Positions 13,328-24,981 of a stretch of DNA of 61,510 nucleotides are shown here, one piece after another. The notes below the pieces were generated by a model. That model was not told the origin of the DNA, did no database searches, and saw nothing but the letters and a program-made list of their open reading frames with translations. Within the stretch, counting starts at the first letter, position 1; each line of letters starts with the position of its first letter. The stretch is taken from NCBI GenBank assembly GCA_048128005.1, contig JBEUKZ010000034.1, forward strand, positions 124,001-185,510, given 5' to 3'. The translations under genes were made by a program, and so were the position numbers. The DNA comes from Veleropilina oligotropha. Lineage: Eukaryota.

Positions 13328-14806
13328 TAGCGCTCCGTCACAGAGTTATTTTTAGCATCTGCGACCATCAGCGTCATCCAGCCAACCCGGATGTCAGGCA
13401 AGCTTGGCAATGCCTGAAGCAATTACTATAGTTTATCATCACGGTTTATTCGCTATAACAAACACATATATGTAGTTTTACCAGAGTCAGAATTAAATCA
13501 AAATGTTTTGCAGGAAGCTTTATTGTTATGGAGTTATTCCAGTAGCGTTAGATTTTACTGATCCGCATGTAACCTCTAACATCGTCGTGTATATTCTAAG
13601 TGAGAAAGCGCCCGATTTCAATAAATTTCATACAGTTTATCAAAACTTACTTGCAATTTATTTATTCCAAGATACTAAAATGTCATTGCATATACCTGAA
13701 TTTCGTTAAATTTAAAAAATGCTTTGAAACAAAACTGTTGGCCACTAAAGCTTTTTATAGAATGTCAACAAAAACGTCGTTTGAGTTTAATACAAATATG
13801 GATCCGGGAACATACGGATGCGTAAACATCACAGATAACCAAACTGTCTGACACTTTCTGTGCAATAAAATAATTAAAACAATAAGTCTGTTTTATAATG
13901 TTAATAGTATGTTATTTATCACGCAAAACAGCTTTACTTCAAGGCACACGTGCATACGCATTTTCGCTAGTGGATTATTTCGTTCATTGTTTTGTTCCGT
14001 GTCATTTGTTGTCAGAAGATGCTACGTCACGGGGGCTGAACAAGCAAATCAAGCGTATCTCCATACATATCTCCATACATATACATTACATAAATCCATA
14101 ATTATCATGAATAAATATTTACTGTGTTTTTGGACGTAATTTAATAAGAGTTTTGGTGTAGACTGTTTCCGAGAATTTGCACGTTACAGAGATAGTTAGA
14201 ATATGCCTATATATATAATTATATGATGCATATTTATTTCATAATATAAAAATAGGTACGTCCATCCGGATTCAATTAATATATTATTATAAATGTATAC
14301 CGGTACTATTAAATATTAGAGATGGCTATTGCCCTGTCCTGCATGAAATGTGAGGCGTTTAATATTCATGAAAATTCACAAAACCAAAACACCACTTGAG
14401 ATTAATTTAGTGTGATTAATGTGTCATTATACAGGCCTAATCACATTCTTTAATTTTTCGCCTGTGACGCCGTCCTCTGTTAAAATTATTGCAAGAATAT
14501 CCAACATATCAGCATTATTTACTAATGATTTTGACTACGACTCATGTGAGCTTGCCTGACTTCTGGTCACGTGACGCACCTACTAAATATTCATGAGTCT
14601 GTGTGACGTGTCTGTGTGACGTATCTGTGATGAGTCTGTGTGACGTATCTGTGATGAGTCTGTGTGACGTATCTGTGATGAGTCTGTGTGACGTATCTGT
14701 GATGAGTCTGTGACGTATCTGTGATGAGTCTGTGTGACGTATCTGTGATGAGTCTGTGTGACGTATCTGTGATGAGTCTGTGTGACGTATCTGTGGCAGA
14801 GCGCTA
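13328..14806. mobile_element. Non-autonomous TIR element with TAG..CTA ends (Academ-like)
   Basis: TAGCGCTCCGTCACAGA at 13328 versus the reverse complement of TCTGTGGCAGAGCGCTA ending at 14806 (15/17); no TSD resolved. Confidence 0.55.
14594..14795. repeat. 24-bp minisatellite (~8 copies) at the right end of the TAG..CTA element
   Basis: Unit TGAGTCTGTGTGACGTATCTGTGA. Confidence 0.95.
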
Positions 14807-15864
14807 CTAGGGACATGAGAAGTCGTCCACTTCAGTAGTCTGCTCCAGTGGTGGATTTATGGAGATATAAAGTAGTTTCATTCTGTTGTGAGTTTATAAA
14901 CATTTATATTAGCCTTATGTAGTTACAAACATACTTACGTCCTTACTCTTGCCATAATAGTCATATTATCGCCAACCGCAAACAGTGAATAATGTCACAT
15001 TTATGCACTATTAAGCCAAAAACACTACGATTACCTCCCCTGCTCCACCTCTCTAAGTTCCCCCGGCGAGATCTCGCCAAGTCTCGCGAGATATCCGAGC
15101 TCGAGATCACAAGACCTCAATTCAAAGTTTTCCGCCATGACGGAAAAACGTGTTTTGTTGCTCCGCAAATATTTCGAAGTCTAACGGTTTATACGTTAAA
15201 TCGAAGACGCTAATTCAGCTTATATCATAGTTATAAGTTGTGGAGAGAATATACCCTGTGTTGAGGATATAAAACATCAGTGAATTAGAAGATTTATCAA
15301 AAACTTCGAGGAAGTTGTGTGAAAATCAAGTGAAACCGACATCGCCGCCGTTGCCGAGAAAAGCAAGGGCCGCTCAGAGGGGAAGTTTCGTGTATAGAAG
15401 AAATTTCTGGTCGGTATATTTTATCTGATATTGTTTGAGACTGCAAACAGGTAACTCATTATATTGGATAATTCCTTAACGACGCTTATTGCTGGTAATT
15501 ATTGTATAAATATTTAGCGTCGTTAAAAGGCAGGATTGTTTAGATATCAACTTTAGCTATTCTGATATCCTGCCGTTACTGGGATAATACGCCATTGTAC
15601 TAATTTAAAAACATCCACGAGGTTTTCAGGTGTTTTCCTGGGCGGTTTTTTCTAAGAAAGAACCCCCGTTTGTTTAGTCTATTTGTCGGGTTTATTACCC
15701 GGCCTCGGTGTTCCCAGTTCGGGGTTATTTTGCGGTATATCGCCTGATCTTTGATCTTCAGATTAGGGCAATCTAAAGGTTGTAGTAGTAAAAGTCACAA
15801 CTACCAAACATATACCTTTTTATCTACCCCGTTCCACCCACTACCACCCTCCCGTGTATCAGCT

Positions 15865-18174
15865 ATGGTCCGGTGCAGTAGCTCCGGGTGTAACCAAAGA
15901 AGATTCACGGAATTTGATACGCACATGGAATGCCGTGTTCACCGTAACTGCAGTAAGTTTATAAATGTGAACTGTGCCTAGTTTTAACAGAGAGGCAGTG
16001 GGCGATCTTATTTCCACCAGTGAAGCCGACCAGAGCTGTTACCACGGTGGGTTCTCCCCCGGAGAACGGACAAAATGGTAGGTTAAAGGGAAAATTAACG
16101 TTTTTTTGTCTACTTCAGGGACGCTGGACGACAGTCGACCAATAAACCGTCTGTCGCCGGATCTACCGGCGAAACCTCCGCGACTCATGGGGGAGTCGCC
16201 GAAACCTTGCCGGGACCCCAGATTCAGGTAGGAGAATAAAAGCCCGAGTGCTGTTCGATCCTCCTCAAACGGGCCTAGTAACTGCAGCCAACCATACCTT
16301 GCCGGCTAGCAAGGTATATCTGGCAGTGCGGCGAACCGCTGAACAGGGCAGACAATCCCCTTCCTATTCTTCGGCCTCGAAGAATACGGAGAACGTTAGT
16401 CCTTCTGCGGGAAACTCTCCGTTTAACGACGGAGAGCAACCCAATGAGAAAGCCAATAAAGAGGCCGGACACCATTACGATGGTCTAAGATCCGGACAAT
16501 TGGCGACGCCTGAAACCTCGTCCGAGACCGACGCGACTAACCCTCGGGTTTTTCCGCTCAACCTCGGAGCTCACGACTGTTTCAGAGGGCCCGTTATCTC
16601 CCGTGCACCCCCCGTGGTCACGCTAGATAACGTGGACAGACCGGCTGCGTTCGGGCAGAGGTATTACGGTCACCCGACCGTGCCTCGCTCGAACAGAGTG
16701 GTAGACCAGTACGGACTGTGGCCGCAGTCCTACAGGTCGCTCGGCCCACTGAATGCGCCTTCGGGCCATTCTTTCGGGTACGACCACTCGACGGGTGACC
16801 CGAGACCCTGGTTCTCGGCTCCACCTGTCCGTGCAGCCCGTCTACCTTGCGCCACCGTGACCTCGACAGAACTACCGGCTGTTAGTTCAACGCCCGTCAT
16901 GCCTCCGGGTTTCTCATACGAGAACGTCCAGGCTATGATCGCGGCGGAGTTCGAGTCTCGATGTAAGGCCTGGCAACCGGCTCCCGAGCCGCCCCAGTTC
17001 CCTACACCTCTGCCCGTGGCGCAGAGCACGGCTCCTGCCTCCGTGATGGAGATCGACCCTCGTTCTGACGAGGACCTCGACTCTACTCACTCCGACCTCC
17101 CTGAATCGGTCGGGCCCGAAGACGGTAGTCTTTCAGGCACGCAGGAGCCGACCTCCACCACCCGCCGAAGGCTAGACGCCGTTGCGTCACTTCGCGGGGT
17201 GCTTGGCTTGCCGGAACCGACTCGGTCGGACGTAGGCTCGGTCAAGCACAGGACGGCGGCACATCGGTTTGTTGCGAAGGAAGCCCCCTTGCTTCCTTCC
17301 TTACCTCAGTCGGGGCTTGTTGATCTGGTGGTAGACTCGACAACGAAACACATTCAGGGGCGCAATCCGGTGGAGTCCTCCCCATTGACGGAGTTCCCTT
17401 CGGGGTTCCGTAGTGGGAGGTACTTCCGGGCCAGTTCGCGTTCGATCCCGTTCGCATGTACTGGTCCGTGCCTGGCGACTGAGCGGCTCGTGTTGACGCA
17501 GCGATGCGTCGACTGACCGCCAGTCACACTCCCTCTGTAGCGATAGTTCCTTGGTCCGCCTTGGAAGCTTTCGAGAGCTCCGCCCGACGGGCTCTGCGGC
17601 TGTCGTCCGTTCAGGAGTTTTTCCTAGACGGGGCGATAGCCGTATTACAGGAGGACGGACCCGGCGCCCGTGGGCAGCCCTGTCCTTCCTCCAGGAGGTT
17701 GCTGCCATTATGGAGACCAGCGCGTTGGAGACGGGACATGTCCTGGGTAACGCACTCCTACTTCGTAGGGACGCTTACCTTGATGGCACCTCGCTAGATG
17801 AGGCCACCCGGCGCTCATTGCGATGCGTGCCTTGCTCGGCCCCCACTCTATTTGGCGACAATTTCTCGGAATTCGTCGACAAGAGAGCGGCGGCCCTGAA
17901 GGACCGTGCCATCGAGAAGGCGATGCTGCACCCCCCCGGGGGTCCACCCGCCGACTCGAGGAAGCGTTCAGGGCCCACCCGGACCCCGAAGCCTTCCAAG
18001 CGTGCAAGGCCCTCTTCTGGTGGTAGGCCCCCGGCCAATAAACCCACTCGGAAGAGGCGAGCACCTCCAACAAAACTCCCGTCAGAGCGGGAGAGGGAAG
18101 CCTCGGCCCTAGGGCTGCCGGCACACACGACGATCCCAGCTGCCCGCTTCCGCCGGTGGAAGCATGTCTGTTAG
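15865..18174 (+). pseudogene. DIRS-B gag-like ORF1 with N-terminal Cys/His zinc-finger-like motif
   Basis: ATG at 15865 gives MVRCSSSGC..DTHMECRVHRNCS; continues through ORFs 16248..17516 and 17551..18174 with frameshifts. Confidence 0.75.
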
Positions 18175-19930
18175 CGTACAGCCAGCCGTGGCTAGAACTA
18201 ACAGACAGCAGCTGGGTCCACTCAGTCGTGAGTGCCGGATACCAGTTGGTATTCAACCGGCATCCGACCCTAACCGAGGCACCACCACCAAGCCGCGCTC
18301 GCCCTCTGCAAGGCGAGAAACAAGCAGTCTTAGACCAGGCAGTGCGGGACTTACTCCTCAAAGGAGCGATCTATCCCGCGCCGCCCAGCACACCAGGATT
18401 TACAGCCATTTCTCCCTGGTCCCGAGACCCGATGGCCGCTGGCGACCGATCCTCGATCTCTCGTAGGTCAACCGATATCTTCGCACCAAGAAATTCCAGC
18501 AAGAAACCCTCTCGAAGATACGAGCGGCCATCCGTCCGGGCGACTGGGCAGAGTCTATCGATCTGACCGACGCGTATCTGCATGTCCCGATGCATATCAC
18601 GGCTCATCAGTACCTTCGGTTTATACACGGGGAGACGATCTACCATTCATGTGCCTACCGTTCGGTCTATCGTCAGCCCCGTACGTCTTCACGAGAACAG
18701 TACAGGCCCTCGGAGCCTTCCTACACTCTCTAGGGCACAGGGTACATATGTACCTCGACGACTGGCTGATCCTCGGGGCGTCCCGGGATCTGTGCCACCG
18801 GTCTACGAGTTTTACCCTGTCATCGGCGAAGCGACTGGGATTTCAGTCAATGAGACAAAATCCTGCTTCGTACCCTCCAAGACGTTTACGTTTCTCAGAG
18901 TCGACTTCGATACGGTCCGGTACACCGCGAAACCGACCCAGAAACGTATACGGAACCTACGCGCGGTTATTCAAGACACCCTGTCATCGGAGATAACTAC
19001 GGCGCGACTACTGGCCACTGTCCTGGGGCACATCGAGTCGGTAGCGACCCTGCTACCGACGGGTCGAATGGACAAACGACCGTTACAACAGGCGTTCAGA
19101 GATCGCTGGATACAACAGACGGGGCAGTGGACGGATCGAATCGATCTTCGGCGTTGGTTTACCCGCACGACACCAGTGGGGTTGAACCCTGCTTTGCCGA
19201 GCCAGTCGGTTCCTATATCCCCGCCAGACCCGACCGCTTACCTGTTCACAGACGCTTCGAACGACGGCTGGGGTGGTCACCTCGACAGTTACGAGACATC
19301 GGGCCTATGGCCGACGGACCTTCAGGGACGACACATCAACTTCCTAGAGTTAGAAGCGGTCTACCTGACAGTACGGTCCCTCTCGTCACATCTCCGCAAC
19401 AAGCATATAATGCTCGCCACGGACAATACGACTGTCGTCGCATACATTCAACACCAGGGCGGCACTCGCTCGCATCCCCTTTGCGACCGAGCAATCGACC
19501 TACACCGCCTAGTGATGTCCCTCAACTCGACGATACGAGCAAGACACATCCCGGGAAAGCTGAATGTCAGAGCGGACTCGCTCTCTCGGAAATCACAGAT
19601 TAACACACAGAGTGGACGCTACACAGCCGAGTAGCTCGGGACGTTTGTCGCCGGTGGTCACAACCCCAAGTCGATCTGTTTGCAACATAATTTAATTACC
19701 GACTACCTCTGTATGTCTCCCCGTACCCGGACCCGGCCGCCCTAGCGGTCGACGCGTTGTTAATGACATGGGAGAATCTGTCCGCGTATGCCTTCCCCCC
19801 GTCGTACATCCTGACACTCGTACTACAAGAAGGCATCGAACGAACGTTGCGAGATAACGCTAATCGCGCCCCTGTATCGCACGCAACCTTGGTTTCCGAC
19901 CCTCCTCGCAAAGACCGGACCTGTTAATGC
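18150..19930 (+). pseudogene. DIRS-B reverse transcriptase / RNase H / methyltransferase-like ORF, frameshifted
   Basis: WRPILDLS, LPFGLSSAP, YLDDWL, LFTDAS..GWGG, HINFLELEAV, TDNTT, NVRADSLSR, VDLFA, AYAFPP. Confidence 0.9.
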
Positions 19931-19974
19931 AGACGCGCAGTTGTGTATTCACCCGTCGCCGACGACTTACGTTT

Positions 19975-20965
19975 ACACGCCTGGCGGTTATCGAACGATC
20001 CCTCGCTAAGAAAGGATTTTCTCGCGCTACAGCCCTACGCATCTACCGATCGAGAAGGCTTTCCGCGTCTAAAGTTTATGACTACCGATGGGTTAAGTAC
20101 GTGGATTGGTGTCACAGCCGGCAGGTCAATATTCTCCGCCCCCTGTGAACAAGTTTATCGAGTTTTTATCGTCGCTCTTTGAACGCGGAATGTCAGTGTC
20201 CGCCGTCAAAGGCTATCGGGCAACGGTCGCGAGTGCCGTGCCCGTGTTCGCCTATCTTGCGACCGAACGATTTTGGATTTTATACGATCCTTCAAACTCA
20301 AATTCCGACCCGTACGATACGGCCGCCAGCCTGAAACATCGTTCTCATTCTTAACGCTCTCCTTCTACCCGTACGAGCCTATGGGCCCGGCCTCTATGAG
20401 GAACTTAACGCACAAAACGGATTTTTCTGATCGCCTTAGCGTCGGGCAGGCGTTGTTCCGAAATTCATAGTCTATCCGCAGAGCTACGAGACGTTCGTTT
20501 CCAGTCAGCCGGGTCGGTGATGCGGCGTCTATCTTGCGTTTCCTCGCCAAGAATCAACGGCCGAACGAAGACGCCCCCGATATCGTTATCCCCAAGCTTA
20601 CGGCGTGGACCGACTACACTGTCATATGCGTGCCTTACGTTACTACCTCGACAGGACCCGTGATATGCGGCAGGGAAAACTACGTCTACTTTATTCGTAT
20701 TTACCTTCTTATACCCGCGACATTACGAAGACGACTGTTTCGCGGTGGTTTTCACATGTAGTGAGAGACTACTCTCGCTGTGAAAAGTAGGCCGCACTAT
20801 TTGTATCGGTCCGCGCGCACGAGGTCCGTGCATTCGCAGCTAAACATCTCAGCGTTGCTTCTAGAAATGTCTTTGTTAAACATTTCCTGCGGGATTACTC
20901 CTTGGGGCTGATGGGTTGAGCAGTCTAACTGCTCAACGATGTATTATTAGACAAAGGTCGTCTAA
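19975..20965 (+). pseudogene. DIRS-B tyrosine recombinase, frameshifted
   Basis: Y..RW..YVDWC, AVKGYR, SGRRCSEI (catalytic Arg), FLAKNQ, HEVRA (HxxR) at ~20818. Confidence 0.85.
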
Positions 20966-22184
20966 TCAGTGAGTATTGTTTCTTGATTTATCAATTAAAT
21001 ACTTCGTGCTGACGCAATGTTATTTGTCATGCCTAGATGTTCTATGAAATAGACACATTATGAGGCGATTCAATGTATGTTCATTTCTTAAAAACATTTA
21101 AAGATCTTGATACTTTCATGTCATACCTGAGTATTTTGACACGCCAGTCCACATTGAATTTAATAAACATTTATATTGCAAAAATCTTATAGGATTTTGA
21201 GGTTCAATATTATTGATGTTCTATGCTGTTATCGAACATACGATGTTCAAGACATTGAAAATTTTTTAATATTTGCTTCCTTAAAATTTATTTTAAGTAA
21301 CATGTACTCATGTTAGCTTTTTCGCAAGTTGGTCATGCGAATTACTTATTAATATCGATTATTTAATCTATTAATTCTTTGCTTAGGATTTAATGTCTTC
21401 ACAACCTATTAGGTTCCGTGTGACTACAAATCCGACTGCTTCCTCTGGCTACCGGCCTATGGCCCGGAGTACCAGTTGGCTGCCACTGGTCCATGACACG
21501 TAAGACCTACAAGGATCTTCCTTCCGGCCGTGCCTGGGACCGATTGCACTTCCGTTCACCTTGTCCGGCTAACACCACGGCGTATCTCCCGGTACCACTG
21601 GTCGAAATTCTCGCCTGGTAAGAGTAGAATATAATACTCAGCAGATTCTACTCTGAGCGGACACAATCGGTGCTTCATGCTGATTGATTTGGTGAAAAGT
21701 AAGTCATAATCTTGTTTGGGTTTGTTGTAAGGAACTTCTTACCCACCTATCCAAGGTCATTCTGGCAAGAGTACGGACGTAAGTATGTTTGTAACTACAT
21801 ATGAGGTTTTTAAGCAAACCTAATATTAGTATAAAACATACTTACGTCCTTACTACGATTACCCACCCTGCGCTTTCGCATTCCTCCCCTCTTACTAAGT
21901 TCCTTTGGGGTTCTGAACTTTGAATTGAGGTCTTGTGATCTCGAGCTCGGATATCTCGCGAGACTTGGCGAGATCTCGCCGGGGGAACTTAGAGAGGTGG
22001 AGCAGGGGAGGTAATCGTAGTGTTTTTGGCTTAATAGTGCATAAATGTGACATTATTCACTGTTTGCGGTTGGCGATAATATGACTATTATGGCAAGAGT
22101 AAGGACGTAAGTATGTTTTATACTAATATTAGGGTTACTTAAAAACCTCATTTTATGGGCATGGAAAGTAGTCCACTTCATTAT

Positions 22185-24040
22185 TGTATTCCCGGACGAC
22201 AATAGTCGGGGATAGTATATGGTTTAGTCATCGTTCAGCCGCCGCGCCCGTCGCAGAGATTACTTGTGTGCACTCGACAGTGAAATTTTTTAATCCAATT
22301 TAATTCAAATTTGGCGTACGCGTTAGCTATGATGAGGATACGCCATGTAATGATTTTTGTCGTGTTCGGATTCTAGATGGCTGCCGTGGCGGCCATTTTG
22401 TTTGAAGAAATTTCTTTTGCACGCTCTTGTGTGAAATGTTTTAATCCAATTTGATTCAATTGGGTATGCACGTTAGTTATGATGAGGCCACGCCGCCTAA
22501 CGAGTTTCATCATTGTAGGATTCAAGATGGCTGCCGTGGCGGCAATTTTGTTTGAAGAAATTTCTTGTGTGCTCTCTAAAGTAAGAAGTTTTAATCTGAT
22601 TTCATTCAAATTTGATATGCATGTTACTTATGATGACGATGCGCCGCCTAACGATTTTCGGATTCAAGATGGCTGTCGTGGCCGCCATTTTGTTTGAAGC
22701 GTTTTCTTGTGAGCTTTCTTGTGCGAAAAGTTGTAATCCGATTTGATTCAAATTGGGTATGCACATTAGTTATGATGAGGATATGCCGCCTAACCATTTT
22801 CGGAATCAAAATGGCTGTCGTGGCGGCCATTTTGTTTGAAGAGATTTCTTGTAAACATTTGTTAGAAAAATTTTAATCTGATTTGACTCAAATTGAGTAT
22901 GCACGTTAGTTAAGATGAGTACTAATGATCTTAACTAATGATTAATACAAATATGGATCCGGGAACATACGGATGCGTAAACATCACAGATAACCAAACT
23001 GTCTGACACTTTCTGTGCAATAAAATAATTAAAACAATAAGTCTGTTTTATAATGTTACGTTATTTATCACGCAAAACAGAGGAATAACGCAGGCTCGTA
23101 TCCAAAATGTTTATTGCAGAGTAGATAAGATTATACAGCATCGATGATGGTGAACACCAAACAGGAAAAGGCAAACAACAACACCCTGTTGATGGAAAGT
23201 ATACAAATAGTAAATAATATGCGTATTCCAAATAATAGTATGTAAAATATACAGAAGATGGATTACAAGTTATCTCCCCTTTCCATACACCAGTAAATAA
23301 TCATTGCAAGCTGGACCTTTGTTATAGTTAATATTAAATACATTAAAAACACATATTCAATTAAAGCACATGAACTTTGGAGTAAGTAATTTGAAATGTG
23401 GAATTGATCAACATGAAATCAAATGTGATACATCCAAATGTAATACATCCAAATATAATAAAGACCATAATAATATTGGATGGCATGTTATACTAATGAT
23501 TTTCGTAATTTTTGAATTCAAGATGGATTCCCTGGTGGTCATTTTGTGTGAAGAATTTTCTTGTGCTAAAAGTTGTAATCCGATTTGATTCAAATTGGGT
23601 ATGCACGTTAGTTATGATGAGGACATGCCGCCTAACGATTTTCGTAATTTTTGAATTCAAGATTGCTACCCTGGTGGCCATTTTTTTTTAAGAGTTTTCT
23701 TGTGAGCGTTCTTGTGCTGAAAGTTGTAATCCGATTTGATTAAAATTGGGTATGCATGTTAGTTATGATGAGGACATGCCGCCTAACAATTTTCATCATT
23801 TTAGCATTCAAGATGGCTGATGTGGTGGCCATTTTATCAGAAGAGATTTCTTGTGCTCGCTAGTGAACAGTTCTTATCCGATTTGATTCAAATTTGTTAT
23901 CCACATTTCGTGTGACGAGGACATGACGCCTATGATTTTCACCATTTTCATTGTTTGGGATTTAACATTGACTGCCGTTACAGGGAGGGGTACACCCCCT
24001 CGACTTGTGGATCCAGGGGATTAGCCTTTTGCTCCAGTAG
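22185..24040 (+). mobile_element. HINE/Helentron-associated-like repeat with internal ~150-bp tandem units, interrupted at ~22930-23490
   Basis: 5' hairpin and GCC-rich stretch; repeated ATTCAAGATGGCTGCCGTGGCGGCCATTTTG units. Confidence 0.7.
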
Positions 24041-24245
24041 TGGTTTTAGGATCATAGTGAGTATTATGTGTTCTTTCAGTAGTTGTTACGAACTCCATGG
24101 AATATTCCTGTCATTTCTCTCGCAATATTGTGGATATATTTACCAACATCACATGGCATATATGTAAAGGCAAAATAAACTCCACTTCGCATCAAACACT
24201 TATTTTTAATTTCCAAGCATCATATCTTCATCTTCGTTCTTGCAG

Positions 24246-24297
24246 TCGACTGGCGACCAATCAAAGCTAAGGATGCAGTTGGCCCTGAAAGCAGCAG
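24246..24297 (+). CDS. RSRC1: RSRC1-like exon (STGDQSKLRMQLALKAA)
   Basis: TTCTTGCAG acceptor, CAG|GTAAGA donor; resembles the RSRC1 segment AEQAKARLQLVLEAA as I recall it. Confidence 0.85.
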
Positions 24298-24687
24298 GTA
24301 AGATTAAAGCTTTTGTATCAGTTTTCTGCTTCAGTGTAATAAGGACGTTGCTTGATACATAAAAGGCTTCTATCCATAAATGGACATATCTAGAATTTAT
24401 GCATAAAATAAACGTATACATAAATGGATTCAGATTCTATTGAAAAGGTAAATGAGAAATTCTATTGACTCATGAGTCACCAGCAGGTTCATTACTGGTT
24501 ACAGGTTGTCAGTATTTAATGTGCGTATTATCACTATTATAGCTGTATTGAAAATGAAATATGAGTTTTAAAAAATAAGTAGCCATGTCAAATGATCAGT
24601 ACAATGAAGCATTTTTTAGCATCTTTGGTAGATTTTATGCTTTCTATATTAATGTGTGCGGGCGTAATTATGTGGCCTCTCTTTCAG

Positions 24688-24851
24688 CGGAGGCGGACAA
24701 GGTTCTCCAGAAGCAGGGAGTGGTCTCCAGCTCGCATCTGTCTGGGATGTCCGTGGACGAGCAGGTCGACTTCTCCAGGGCCGTGGAGAGCGTAGAAAGT
24801 GCCAAATTCAAGCAATCCACATTTTTAACCGGCAAAAATCCAGTTAAACAG
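24688..24851 (+). CDS. RSRC1: RSRC1-like exon (AEADKVLQKQ...ESAKFKQSTFLTGKNPVKQ)
   Basis: CTTTCAG acceptor, CAG|GTAATA donor; resembles RSRC1 AKADEAL...IESDSFVQQTF; phases consistent. Confidence 0.85.
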
Positions 24852-24981
24852 GTAATATCTGCTTTGTTCGGAACTTTTGGATGTCTAGTATAATAAAATG
24901 ATAATGATATATACAGTATTGTTCATTTTAATTACAGTATTACACTTGCAATCAATGCTGGATAGCAATATCATGTCTGTA

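Larger units (their letters stand above)
14916..22153 (+). mobile_element. DIRS1-like retrotransposon, copy B (full length, frameshifted ORFs)
   Basis: ITRs 14916-15129 and 21916-22150; ICR 21763-21854 joins the complements of both termini; gag, RT/RH/MT-like and YR domains in DIRS order. Confidence 0.95.

Noticed and set aside
14583..14816. ORF with HRYVTQTH repeats
   Set aside because: Translation of the 24-bp minisatellite
21400..21700. Hammerhead, twister or HDV-like ribozyme in the DIRS 3' region
   Set aside because: No CUGANGA/GAAA core conserved in both copies; a twister-like CGGTCCCAGGCACGG on the minus strand of B is not kept in A
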